DNA from: an uncultured Methanosarcinales archaeon
GTDB taxonomy: Archaea > Halobacteriota > Methanosarcinia > Methanotrichales > Methanotrichaceae
DNA length: 64,000 bases
Direction of reading: 5' to 3'
Assembly (NCBI GenBank): GCA_963843555.1
Contig: CAWJKV010000018.1
Coordinates: 1-64,000 of the forward strand
This document shows, piece by piece, positions 10,632 through 20,149 of the stretch (the stretch's first letter is position 1; the number at the start of each line of letters is the position of its first letter). The notes under the pieces were generated by a model. That model was given only the letters and a program-made list of their open reading frames with translations, was not told the DNA's origin and did no database searches. The position numbers and the translations under genes were made by a program.

Positions 10632-10919
10632 TCACTTGTCCGTGATGGGCTTCTTGGTAAAGAGATATTCCTTCAATTGCTTCGAGAAGGCAGGATCCTT
10701 GCGGCGAATCCACTCGAGCACCATGGCCGCATGCTCTTTCTCCTCGTCCCGGTTGTGCGCAAGGATAGCTTTCAGCTCCTCGTCTTTGCACGCATCGACC
10801 CGCTGGTTGTACCAATCGACGGCCTCCAGCTCTTCCATCAGCGACACGATGGCCCTGTGCATTTCGCGGGTCTCGGCCGACAATTCCTCGACCGGTTCGT
10901 GATAACCAACGCTGGACAT
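10632..10919 (-). CDS. Encapsulated-ferritin-like (EncFtn/Flp) protein
   Basis: HRAIVSLMEELEAVDWYNQR...HNRDEEKEHAAMVLEWIRR ferroxidase pattern; AGGAG RBS. Confidence 0.85.
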   Translation of the reverse strand: MSSVGYHEPVEELSAETREMHRAIVSLMEELEAVDWYNQRVDACKDEELKAILAHNRDEEKEHAAMVLEWIRRKDPAFSKQLKEYLFTKKPITDK

Positions 10920-11013
10920 GTTTCTCTCCTGAGTTGTTGACGGATGAGGGCAGCATCGATCTTAACGTCAGCGGCCGGGCGCTGCCCCGGCCTATCACCC
11001 CCGGGCCGACCCG

Positions 11014-11367
11014 CTAGACCGGCAAATGGAAGAGCTTGAACACCTGCCAGGTTCCCCACGTGACGGCGCCAACCACCAGCAGAAACGCCCACTCCTGGCC
11101 TGAGATCATGCCGCGGTCCAGCGACCCTGCAAACCAGAGGACGGGGACGCTAAGACACAGATAGCGCATAACCTCGAACCCTCGCGCCGGCAACTTGCCC
11201 AAGCGCGCCATCAACAGGAGCGCCAGCGCTCCCCCCAATGCAAGAGCGATGACTGCTGCAACGGCGCGGCCCATGGCCGATACCTCCACCGTCACAGCCG
11301 CCATAGCCGCTACGGCCAGAAACACCGCGTTCAACAGCACAGCGCACAACAGAGCGAGGGTCTTCAC
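11014..11367 (-). CDS. Hypothetical four-TM membrane protein
   Basis: Hydrophobic ORF; GTG start lies just after an attC-like remnant. Confidence 0.55.
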   Translation of the reverse strand: MKTLALLCAVLLNAVFLAVAAMAAVTVEVSAMGRAVAAVIALALGGALALLLMARLGKLPARGFEVMRYLCLSVPVLWFAGSLDRGMISGQEWAFLLVVGAVTWGTWQVFKLFHLPV

Positions 11368-11439
11368 GTGAGTCTTAACGGAAGGGTTGGGCGTCACTCT
11401 GCCTGCCGGAGCAACCATTCGGCAGGGAGAACACAACGG

Positions 11440-11757
11440 TCACGGTGGAGACTCAATCGTTTGCCCCAGGGCGTTGTCCACGACAAGCGGCGTGTCGAAA
11501 TACTTGATGACGGGCTCGCTGCCGTAGGTGTCCAGCACCCGCTGACGCCACGCCTCATCGTGGGCCCGCTCAGCAGCTTCACGGTTCGGCCAAAGGTAGA
11601 AGGCGCCAGTCTGGTTTGCTGCCGCATCGTAGACGAATGTCTTTCGAATCAGCTCGGCGTTGGCTCGCCATCGCGGTGCGACATCACGCATTCCCTGAAC
11701 GACCTCGTCGCGGGTGATGGCGGTCGGCAGGTTGAAAAGAACGTACTCGGTGATCAT
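11440..11757 (-). CDS. YdhR-like dimeric alpha/beta-barrel (putative monooxygenase)
   Basis: LIRKTF..GAFYLW..REAA...YFDTPLVVDN pattern. Confidence 0.7.
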   Translation of the reverse strand: MITEYVLFNLPTAITRDEVVQGMRDVAPRWRANAELIRKTFVYDAAANQTGAFYLWPNREAAERAHDEAWRQRVLDTYGSEPVIKYFDTPLVVDNALGQTIESPP

Positions 11758-11816
11758 GCGCAACTCCAGTGAAGCGTTCCGAGCATAGCCGGATGGTTCG
11801 CGCCACGGCAATTGGC

Positions 11817-12224
11817 TCAAGCCACGACCAGGCGAACAGCCCAGTACACACCAATGCCCATTTGCACGGCAAACGCCGAGAACCGAAGGGTGACAGCCAA
11901 CGCAGACAGTGAACCAAGGTGAATGACTGACTGCAGGATGCGCGTAGCGAGAAAAACGTACGCAAGCGGATCGGTGACCGCGGACCTGCCGGATACCACG
12001 GCAATGAGCATGAGGCCACCGAAGATGGGCAAACCCTCGACGCAGTTGGCGTGAGCCCGCGCGAGGCGTTGCATGAATGGGGAGAGATTGGAGTTGTCTG
12101 GCTTGAATCCGTTCGCCGCGATGGCCTTCGTAACCACGAGTTTGGAGCGTATGAGCTCCATGAGCACCAAGAGAAACAACGACCAGGCAACGAATCCAGT
12201 GAGGGCGGTGAGAGTGGGGTTCAT
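11817..12224 (-). CDS. MAPEG family membrane protein
   Basis: RLARAHANCVEGLPIF and RILQSVIH. Confidence 0.85.
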   Translation of the reverse strand: MNPTLTALTGFVAWSLFLLVLMELIRSKLVVTKAIAANGFKPDNSNLSPFMQRLARAHANCVEGLPIFGGLMLIAVVSGRSAVTDPLAYVFLATRILQSVIHLGSLSALAVTLRFSAFAVQMGIGVYWAVRLVVA

Positions 12225-12283
12225 TCAGCTATACCGTGGTGTTGTTTGTCTGTGACGGGATTCGCAAGATGTCTTCGGATGAG

Positions 12284-12342
12284 GCCCAACGTTCGACATG
12301 AGCGGCACCTGCTGGCCGCAGGCCGGCAGCTGTCCGCTCGAT
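12284..12342 (-). other. Integron attC site (R', L', L'' portion), interrupted by the IS
   Basis: Minus strand reads ATCGAGCGGACAGCTGCCGGCCTGCGGCCAGCAGGTGCCGCTCATGTCGAAC-GTTGGGC: an imperfect hairpin with an extrahelical base and a GTTRRRY core. Candidate R'' (AAGTAAC) lies beyond the IS at 13799-13805. Confidence 0.75.
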
Positions 12343-12438
12343 TGATGGGATGGACTCCCCCCGTTTTTCGCGCCACATTGGCGCACTGGTCTTCATTGGC
12401 GTGCGGATCAGGTCTTCATCAAACGAAAGGAGTCCGAC

Positions 12439-13525
12439 ATGAATGCTACAACCGTTGCCGTCGATTTGGCAAAGTCCGTCTTCCAGCTGGCCGTGGCCGA
12501 TGCGTCCTGGCGCGTGATCGAAACCCAGCGCCTGACGCGCACCCAGTTCGAGCGCTGGTTTGCCAATCGCGATGTTCGCCTGGTCATCATGGAGTCGTGC
12601 GGCTCGGCCCACCACTGGGCGCGCTGGCTGACGGCCTGGGCATCGAAGTGCAACCTGCTGCCGGCCCAGTACGTGCGCGCCTATGTCCGGCGCAACAAGA
12701 CCGATGCGGCCGATGCCACTGCCCTGCTGGAAGCCGCTCGTGCATCCGACATTCGCCCGGTGCGCATCAAATCGATCGAGCAGCAAGCCCTGCAGGGTCT
12801 GCACCGCATCCGCAGCCTGTGGATGGGCACGCGCACTTCGCGCATCAACGCCTTGCGCGGCTTTTGCCGTGAGTTCGGCATCGCCATCCCGGTGGGTGCT
12901 CGCACCGGCATCGAGGTCGATCTCCCGGGTGCTGGCCGATCCGCACACCGCCGTGCCCGACCTGATCCGCGGCAACCGCTCGCCTGCTGGTCGAGGAAAT
13001 CCGCCTGCTGGAAGCGCGCATCGCCCAGGTGGAGCGCGAGCTGGCCCAGGCGGCCGCCTGAGCCCGGCGTGCACCACGCTGCTGTCGGTTCCCGGGCATC
13101 GGCCTGCTGACGGCCACCGCGATGGTTGCGGCGACCTCCGGCGACGTGAGCCACTTCAAGGATGCACGCCACTTCGCCAGCTGGTTTGGCCTGACGCCCA
13201 AGGAATACAGCTCGGGCAACTCGCGCTACCTGGGCCACATCTCCAAGCGCGGCGATCGCTACCTGCGCATGCTGCTCACCCACGGCGCCAGAAGCGTGCT
13301 GCGCGCCGCCGCCGTGGCGCGCACCAAAGGGCATGAACCTCAGGGCGTGCGCCACTGGGCGCTGGACGTGCAGGGCCGCACCAATCACAACAAGGCCACC
13401 TGCGCGCTGGCCAACAAGATCGCGCGCATCTGCTACGCCACGCTGCGCGACAAGGCAGCCGTTCGACGACCGAACAGCCGTTGACCAAGAAGATGAATCG
13501 CCAGGCCTTTGCGATGCCGGCCTGA
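12439..13525 (+). CDS. IS110/IS1111 transposase (recombinase), multiple frameshifts
   Basis: DEDD RuvC motifs VAVDLAK, MESC and KTDAADA; C-terminal domain FASWFGLTPKEYSSG, ISKRGDRYLR and ALANK. Probable end is ...KKMNRQAFAMPA*. Confidence 0.9.
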
Positions 13526-13776
13526 CTGAACACTGAGTTCTCCCCGCCTCGCCTTGCGACGAGATTGATCGACCATCATGGCAAACAGGGTCCACCCCGC
13601 ACCGACTGACGCCGATAACACTTCCGGCTCCACAGCAGCCGCTTGTAACGATTGGCGCGCCGGTGACGCAGATTCCATGTCGGCACGGGCCACACCAGAG
13701 CCCACAACTGATGCCGGATATACGACTGCAGGCGCTTCCCTCAAGCCAAAACCATCGATCAGTTTCTTGCCGTTGA
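13526..13776 (+). ncRNA. Candidate bridge RNA/seekRNA region of the IS1111 element
   Basis: About 250 nt non-coding between the transposase stop and the right IR, the position where IS1111-group elements encode their guide RNA. Not folded or searched. Confidence 0.55.
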
Positions 13777-13919
13777 GGGGGAGTCCATATAGGTAATAGT
13801 TACTTGCCTCCAAGCCAGCGGTTTCTCTGATGATTTGCCAAGTAACACCTTTGCCCGCGGTGAGGCCGTGGTAACCACAAGCGCTGGCACAACATACCAA
13901 TAGTCGCTAGTATGAACGT

Positions 13920-14573
13920 ATGAACGCAATGAAAAGGCATCTGTACGAGCAAGTCGCCCGAATCGGCAAGGCCCTCGCCAGCCCGAAGCGGCTGGAGCTT
14001 ATCGAGTTGCTGTGTCAGGGCGAGAAGACCGTCGAGGCGCTTGGTGCGCAAGCGGAGATCAGCGTCAAGCTCGCCAGCGCCCATTTGAAGGAACTGCGCC
14101 TCGCACGGCTCGTCGAGACCCGCAAAGACGGTAAATACGTCCTGTACCGCCTGGCCGGCGCCAGCGTGGCTGACCTGTGGGTGACGCTGCGGTCGCAAGC
14201 CGAAGAGCGGCTCGTCGAATTGCAGATGGCACTGGCGTCACTCGTCGAACATCGCGACGACCTCGAAGGCCTCGACCGCAAGGCCATCCTGAAGAAAGCT
14301 GCGAGGGGCGAGGTGCTGGTGCTGGACGTGCGCCCAGCCGATGAGTACGCCGCGGCTCACCTTCCGCATGCACGGTCGCTGCCGGTGGACGAACTGAAGA
14401 AGCGCCTGGCCGAATTGCCGAAAAACACGCCCGTGGTCGCCTACTGTCGCGGCCCGTTCTGCCTGATGGCCAAGGAGGCGGTCGAACTGCTGCGCAAGAA
14501 GGGCTATAGCGCTTTCCATCTGACCGATGGCGTGGCCGAGTGGCGCGCCCGTGGCCTGCCTATTGAAGCATGA
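13920..14573 (+). CDS. ArsR-family regulator fused to a rhodanese domain
   Basis: KALASPKRLELIELLCQGE ArsR HTH; LDVRP..EY..HLP.A and YCRGPFC rhodanese loop. Confidence 0.9.
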   Translation: MNAMKRHLYEQVARIGKALASPKRLELIELLCQGEKTVEALGAQAEISVKLASAHLKELRLARLVETRKDGKYVLYRLAGASVADLWVTLRSQAEERLVELQMALASLVEHRDDLEGLDRKAILKKAARGEVLVLDVRPADEYAAAHLPHARSLPVDELKKRLAELPKNTPVVAYCRGPFCLMAKEAVELLRKKGYSAFHLTDGVAEWRARGLPIEA

Positions 14574-14580
14574 ACTCACC

Positions 14581-14931
14581 ATGAAAACCCTCTTGATCCT
14601 GAACGACGCGCCCTATGGCAGCGAACGCACTTACAACGGCGCAAGACTGGCCGGCGCCCTTGCCAAGCAGGCCGATAGCGAGGTTCGGGTCTTCCTCATC
14701 GGCGACGCCGCGGCAGCGGCTCATGGAAACCAGAAAGTCCCCACTGGCTTCTACAACCTCGAGCTGATGCTGGGTTCGGTGGTGCGGCACCACGGCGTCA
14801 TCGGTGTCTGCGGCACCTGCATGGATGCGAGAGGCATCGCTGCGCAGGACCTGATCGAAGGGTCGCACCGCAGCACCATGGACGAGCTGGCCGGGTGGAC
14901 GAGCTGGGCCGAAAAGGTCCTTGTGTTCTGA
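14581..14931 (+). CDS. DsrE/YchN family sulfur-relay protein
   Basis: NDAPYGSERTYN, FLIGDA and CGTCMDARG. Confidence 0.85.
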   Translation: MKTLLILNDAPYGSERTYNGARLAGALAKQADSEVRVFLIGDAAAAAHGNQKVPTGFYNLELMLGSVVRHHGVIGVCGTCMDARGIAAQDLIEGSHRSTMDELAGWTSWAEKVLVF

Positions 14932-15006
14932 GTGAAGGAGACCATCATGTTTTCTCGACAACGCGCGGCCGAGAACGCGAACCCTGTCCTACTGGCAGGC
15001 TGATCG

Positions 15007-16251
15007 ATGCACACGGCGTCCATCCGGCTCGGGCTGCGCGAGAACCTCGGCCAGTTCTCGCTGCTGCTGCTCGTCAATGCCTTCGTCGGGGCCATGGTGG
15101 GGTTGGAGCGCAGCATTCTTCCGGCCATCGCCGAGCAGGAGTTCCACGTCGCTGCGCGGGCCGCGATCCTGTCGTTCATCGTCGTCTTCGGCGTCACGAA
15201 GGCGCTGACCAACTACGGCGCCGGGCGTCTGTCCGACCGCTTCGGGCGCAAACATGTATTGGTGGCCGGATGGCTGGTGGCGATTCCGGTGCCCTTCGTG
15301 CTGATGTGGGCGCCCGCCTGGCACTGGGTGGTCGCCGCCAACGTGCTGCTGGGTGTGAGCCAGGGCCTGACGTGGTCCACGACCGTGATCATGAAGATCG
15401 ACCTTGTGGGTCCGAAACGCCGCGGCCTCGCGATGGGGCTCAACGAGTTCTCGGGCTACATCGCCGTGGCGGGCAGCGCGCTGGCCACCGGATGGATCGC
15501 CGCGCGTTACGGGCTTCGGCCCCTTCCCTTCTCTCTGGGCGTCGTCTATGTCGCAGCCGGTCTGCTGCTGTCGGCTCTGGCTGTTCGAGAGACCCGGCAC
15601 CATGTGACGCACGAGGTGCGGGCACATCATCCGGCGACGCAAGGCGATGGACTCACCCAGGGCGAGATCTTCCGGCGCACCTCGTTGACCGACCGCAACC
15701 TCTCCAGCATCAGCCAGGCAGGACTCGTCAACAACCTGAACGATGGCATGGCCTGGGGTCTGTTCCCGCTGGTGTTCGCCGCGGCCGGGATGAGCCTGGC
15801 ACAGGTCGGCATGCTCGCGGCGATCTATCCGGCCGTGTGGGGCGTCGCGCAGATTGTCACCGGCGCGCTGTCGGATCGTGTCGGCCGCAAGTGGCTGATT
15901 GCTTCGGGCATGTGGCTGCAGGCGGTGGGTATCGCCGTCACGGCGCTGGCGGCCGATTTCGCCGCCTTCGGCCTGGGAGCGGTTCTTCTCGGCCTCGGAA
16001 CCGCGATGGTCTATCCCACCTTGCTGGCCGCCATCGGCGACGTCGCACATCCGTCGTGGCGGGCTTCCGCCGTGGGCGTGTACCGGCTGTGGCGCGACCT
16101 CGGCTATGCCGTCGGCGCGCTACTGGCCGGCATCACCGCCGACCTGTTCGGGCTGGCGGCTGCCGTATGGCTGGTCGCCGGCCTGACCCTGCTGTCCGGT
16201 GTGATTGCGGCCGTGCGCATGAGCGAAACCCTGGCGGCACGGAACGCCTGA
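15007..16251 (+). CDS. MFS transporter
   Basis: About 12 TM segments; motif A GRLSDRFGRK and GALSDRVGRK. Confidence 0.9.
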   Translation: MHTASIRLGLRENLGQFSLLLLVNAFVGAMVGLERSILPAIAEQEFHVAARAAILSFIVVFGVTKALTNYGAGRLSDRFGRKHVLVAGWLVAIPVPFVLMWAPAWHWVVAANVLLGVSQGLTWSTTVIMKIDLVGPKRRGLAMGLNEFSGYIAVAGSALATGWIAARYGLRPLPFSLGVVYVAAGLLLSALAVRETRHHVTHEVRAHHPATQGDGLTQGEIFRRTSLTDRNLSSISQAGLVNNLNDGMAWGLFPLVFAAAGMSLAQVGMLAAIYPAVWGVAQIVTGALSDRVGRKWLIASGMWLQAVGIAVTALAADFAAFGLGAVLLGLGTAMVYPTLLAAIGDVAHPSWRASAVGVYRLWRDLGYAVGALLAGITADLFGLAAAVWLVAGLTLLSGVIAAVRMSETLAARNA

Positions 16252-16290
16252 CCGAGACAGAACCGGCCTGAGGCCGACAAGGCTCGCTAC

Positions 16291-17433
16291 ATGAACCACC
16301 CCATCTACCTCGACTACAACGCCACCACCCCGATCGCGCCGGAAGTGTTCGAAGCAATGCTGCCTTGGCTGCGCGGGGAGTTCGGCAATCCGTCCAGCAC
16401 GCATCCCTTCGGGCGGCGCGCCGCGCAGGCCGTTGCCACGGCGCGGCTTCAGGTGGCCGAACTGATCGGCGCGCAAGCGCAGGAGATCGTCTTCACCGGC
16501 TGTGCGACCGAGGCCAACAACCTGGCCCTGCTAGGCACTGCGCGGGCGTCCGGTACCCGGCAGCGCCACCTGGTGGTCAGCGCGGTCGAACATCCCGCAG
16601 TCATGGCGCCGGCGCTTCACTTGCGCGACCGGGGATGGGCACTCACGGTGCTCCCCGTCGATGAGTTCGGCCGGATCTCGCCCCAACAGCTGGCGCAGGC
16701 GCTCAGACCCGACACGGCCCTGGTTTCGGTGATGCATGCCAATAACGAAGTCGGCACGCTGCAGCCGATCCGCGAGATCGCGCGCATGACCCGCGAACGA
16801 GGCATCCTGCTGCATACCGACGCCGCCCAATCCGCCGGCAAGCTGCCTCTGAACGTCGTCAAACTGGGCGTCGACCTGCTGACGCTGGCCGGCCACAAGT
16901 TCTACGCGCCCAAGGGCGTTGGCGCGCTGTATGTGCGCGCCGGAACGCCGATTCGATCGGTGATGCATGGCGCCGAGCAGGAGCACGGCCTGCGGCCCGG
17001 CACCGAAAACGTGGCGGCCATCGTCGGGCTCGGTGCAGCGGCCGCCCTGGCCAGGGCTTCGCTGCCCGCCGTGTCGGAGCACCTGCGCGCACTGCGTGAC
17101 CAATTGCATGAACAACTGACGACCGCCGTCCCCCACCTGCGGCTCAACGGTCATTCGGAACACCGGCTGCCCAACACGCTCCACGTGTCCTTCCCGGGCG
17201 TGAGCGGGCGCGCGTTGCTGGCCCAGGCAGCCGATGTTGTCGCGGCATCGGTCGGATCGGCGTGTCATTCCGAGCACGACGCCGTCAGCGGCGTGCTGGC
17301 CGCGATGGGCGCGGACGCCGCGAGGGCGGCAGGTGCCGTGCGCCTGTCGGTGGGGCGCATGACCACGCCCGAAGAAGTCGAGCGCGCCGCGGCAGGGCTG
17401 ATTGCCGCGTGGCAGCGGCTGCGCGCGCGATGA
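16291..17433 (+). CDS. Cysteine desulfurase (IscS/NifS type)
   Basis: YLDYNATTP, GNPSS, HTDAAQ, GHKFYAPKG, RPGTEN and SVGSACH. Confidence 0.9.
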   Translation: MNHPIYLDYNATTPIAPEVFEAMLPWLRGEFGNPSSTHPFGRRAAQAVATARLQVAELIGAQAQEIVFTGCATEANNLALLGTARASGTRQRHLVVSAVEHPAVMAPALHLRDRGWALTVLPVDEFGRISPQQLAQALRPDTALVSVMHANNEVGTLQPIREIARMTRERGILLHTDAAQSAGKLPLNVVKLGVDLLTLAGHKFYAPKGVGALYVRAGTPIRSVMHGAEQEHGLRPGTENVAAIVGLGAAAALARASLPAVSEHLRALRDQLHEQLTTAVPHLRLNGHSEHRLPNTLHVSFPGVSGRALLAQAADVVAASVGSACHSEHDAVSGVLAAMGADAARAAGAVRLSVGRMTTPEEVERAAAGLIAAWQRLRAR

Positions 17434-18074
17434 CGCCCGCGCAGTACGACGCCTGGTACGACACGCCGCGCGGCCGATGGATCGGCGACACGGAGTACCG
17501 ATTGGTCCGCAACCTGCTGGGCCTGCAACCGGGCGACACCGTGCTCGATGTCGGCTGCGGCACGGGCTGGTTCACGCGGCGTGTGGTGGCCGACGGTGCA
17601 CAAGCGGTCGGGCTCGACCGCGATGCCGGGGCTTTGGCGTTCGCGCGAGAACGCTGCGCCGGGAACACGAGCTACGTGCATGGCGACGCGACCGCGCTGC
17701 CGTTCGCTGACGCGTCCTTCGACGCGGTGCTGTCGGTCACTGCGCTGTGTTTCGTCGAGCAATGGCCGCGGGCGCTTGCAGAGATCGTGCGCGTCAGCCG
17801 CCGCCGTTTCGTGCTGGGTTTGCTCAACCGCCACAGCCTGCTCTGGCTGGACAAGGGCCGCCAGGGTGGCAGCGGGGCCTACCGTGGGGCGCATTGGCAC
17901 ACCCGCGCCGAGATCGACGGCGCGCTGCGGGTGCTGCCGGTTCGCGGGGTGCGGTACCGAGATGGCGTGTTTCTGCCGTCGGGCTCCTGTATCGCGCGTG
18001 AGCTGGAGCGCGCACTGCCTTCGCGTCTGCCGCTCGGGTCCTTCCTGGCTGTGGCGGGGGATGTCGTGCGCTGA
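17430..18074 (+). CDS. Class I SAM-dependent methyltransferase
   Basis: VLDVGCGTG and GDATALPFADASFD; ATGA overlap with the desulfurase gene. Confidence 0.9.
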   Translation: MTPAQYDAWYDTPRGRWIGDTEYRLVRNLLGLQPGDTVLDVGCGTGWFTRRVVADGAQAVGLDRDAGALAFARERCAGNTSYVHGDATALPFADASFDAVLSVTALCFVEQWPRALAEIVRVSRRRFVLGLLNRHSLLWLDKGRQGGSGAYRGAHWHTRAEIDGALRVLPVRGVRYRDGVFLPSGSCIARELERALPSRLPLGSFLAVAGDVVR

Positions 18075-18250
18075 GCGGCCCCCGCCGAACGTGAACGACC
18101 GGGCTACGGTCCCGGCTGCACATGGCCCGATTTTGACGGCGGCTGAGGAAACGGCCGGGCTGGCCCCGGACCCGACCCCGCAATAACGGGGTTGTCGAAA
18201 GCAGATCTTGCGAGTAATGTCCCAATCCCGGTTTTCCGGGAAGCGGGGAG

Positions 18251-19252
18251 ATGACTATGAACAGACTGCTGTCTCTCGTATTGCTCATCGTCGGCTGCGC
18301 GATCACAGGCTCGGCCATTGCAGATCCGCTGCTCGCGTCGGTCGATGAAGCGTTGAAGGAACCCATCCGCCTGGTGGCGGAATGGGAAAGCGACAGGACC
18401 ATCGCTTTCAGCATGGTCGCCATCGTGTTCTTCCTGGGCGCCATCATCGCGATCATCCAGGCCTTGCCGACCAATGCGAGCAAGATCTGCGCGGTGGTAC
18501 TGGGCAGCGCGGTAACCCTGCTCACGGCCCTGAGCAACGCCTACTTCGATTTCGATCATCGCCAGTACAAGGCGATGGCGAGCCTGGGCCGGCAATTGCT
18601 CACCGAAATCAACATCAAGAAGATCCAGCTGCAGGAGTTTCCGGTCGACCAGAAACAGGCGCGCGAGGCGATCTTCGAGGACATCCGCCGCAATGCCAAC
18701 GCCATCGTCGGATTGCCCGCGAGCTTCAAGGAAAGGGCCGTGCAGAGCTCGGCGGCAACGAGCGCGGACCGCCTGGCCGGCATGTTGATATCCCCCGCGC
18801 TGGCCCAGCAGTCGCCCATCCCCGCCTGGGTCAACAGGCTCCCGGTGGACGACGACAACCTCTACTTCCTGGGCAGTGCCGATGGCCGCGACTATCTGGC
18901 GGTGCAGCAGGCTTCCAGGCAGAACGCTTACGACGAGGCGCGGAGTTATCTTGCCGGCCGGCTGCAAGCGTCCGGGAAAAATAGCGGTGTCGACAGCGCT
19001 TCGGCCGCGAAATACCTGCTTGACTCCGCCCGTGTTGCCAGCACCTACTCGCATTACGACAAGAGCCGCAATACCATCCGTTCCTATACCCTGCTTTCGC
19101 TCAGCAAGAAGATCGCAGAGTCCGACCTGCGGTGGTACGGCGCCAAGAACAGCCAGGCGGTGTCGCCGGTTCAGCAGCAATCGCTGAGAAGTGCAGTCCG
19201 CACACAGGACGCCTATATCTCGAATCGCAAGGAAGTCATGCGAAGCCAATAA
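18251..19252 (+). CDS. Hypothetical membrane protein: signal peptide, 2-TM segment, LPP20-like C-terminal domain
   Basis: Long ORF with RBS, two hydrophobic helices and IPAWVNRLP..LYFLGSA..A...A. Confidence 0.6.
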   Translation: MTMNRLLSLVLLIVGCAITGSAIADPLLASVDEALKEPIRLVAEWESDRTIAFSMVAIVFFLGAIIAIIQALPTNASKICAVVLGSAVTLLTALSNAYFDFDHRQYKAMASLGRQLLTEINIKKIQLQEFPVDQKQAREAIFEDIRRNANAIVGLPASFKERAVQSSAATSADRLAGMLISPALAQQSPIPAWVNRLPVDDDNLYFLGSADGRDYLAVQQASRQNAYDEARSYLAGRLQASGKNSGVDSASAAKYLLDSARVASTYSHYDKSRNTIRSYTLLSLSKKIAESDLRWYGAKNSQAVSPVQQQSLRSAVRTQDAYISNRKEVMRSQ

Positions 19253-19261
19253 GCGCGAGGC

Positions 19262-19750
19262 TCAGTCGTTGATCGTGTTGTCGATGGTGAACGTGCCAGG
19301 GCCTGTGGATCGGGCCACCGAACTGAAGGTCTTGCCTGCCAGAGTCGCAGCCAAGCCCGTGGCCAACCTGTATGACCCCAGGCTGGTGGATTCCCACGAA
19401 ACCGAGGAGCCCGTGCTCGTCTGAACCTTCCTCGCGCCCTGATTCACTTCATACACGACGGTTGATCCGGCCTTTCGCGCAAAGGCGAGAGAACCCAGCA
19501 GCGTTCGTCCTCCTCCTGTATCGGGTTCCCAGATATTGGTCCCAGTTACCACGAACCCGTCGAGCAGCCCGCCCGTGATGCGGCACGTGAAGTGGGTCAT
19601 CTCGGCGGGCTGACCCTCATTCCCGAAGTGTGCAAGCTTCGTGGTGTCGACCACACGGCAGTCGGAGTGGTATCTGGCCCCGGCGGCAGTTGACGGAGGT
19701 GCGCCCAGTGCGACAAGAACAGCTGCCGATGCCACAGCGGTGCGAATGGC
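19262..19750 (-). CDS. Hypothetical secreted beta-rich protein (start uncertain)
   Basis: Signal-like AVASAAVLVALG followed by a beta-strand-rich body. Confidence 0.5.
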   Translation of the reverse strand, partial: AIRTAVASAAVLVALGAPPSTAAGARYHSDCRVVDTTKLAHFGNEGQPAEMTHFTCRITGGLLDGFVVTGTNIWEPDTGGGRTLLGSLAFARKAGSTVVYEVNQGARKVQTSTGSSVSWESTSLGSYRLATGLAATLAGKTFSSVARSTGPGTFTIDNTIND

Positions 19751-19823
19751 GCTTCGTGTTATCGCTTTCGCGGGTCGATGGCAGGAACAAGCGGTGCGGA
19801 GCACGGAAGTCTCCCTCCAGGCC

Positions 19824-20102
19824 TCACGACAGGCTCGTGTCAAACCAGGTCGCGGGAAACTGCGACTCCTGCCCAACGGTCAGTTGCCGCGCGTTGACCG
19901 ATTCGCCCATCCGCACTATCGCCAACTCGAACAGATCATCAGCCAGGCCTCGCAGCGTCCTGACTTCGTCCGTTTCAGCCGGCGAGGGAGGTTCTCCCTT
20001 GCCGTCGAGAGCAAGGACAGCCTTTACAAATGCAGCCTTTGCCGCGAGCATCGCCGCCTGGTTTGCAATGCGCCACTTCTGGAACAAGTCAATCGAACTC
20101 AT
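19824..20102 (-). CDS. Hypothetical small helical protein
   Basis: 92-aa ORF directly downstream of an FNR-type promoter. Confidence 0.55.
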   Translation of the reverse strand: MSSIDLFQKWRIANQAAMLAAKAAFVKAVLALDGKGEPPSPAETDEVRTLRGLADDLFELAIVRMGESVNARQLTVGQESQFPATWFDTSLS

Positions 20103-20149
20103 GGGCTGAGCCTGTCATTGGGAGTTGCCCTCATTATTCGGCCAGCTCA

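Larger units (their letters stand above)
12343..13791 (+). mobile_element. IS110-family, IS1111-group insertion sequence
   Basis: Perfect 12-bp subterminal inverted repeats ATGGACTCCCCC (12350-12361) and GGGGGAGTCCAT (13777-13788), a transposase and a long 3' non-coding region. Ends are inferred from typical IS1111 IR offsets. Confidence 0.85.
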
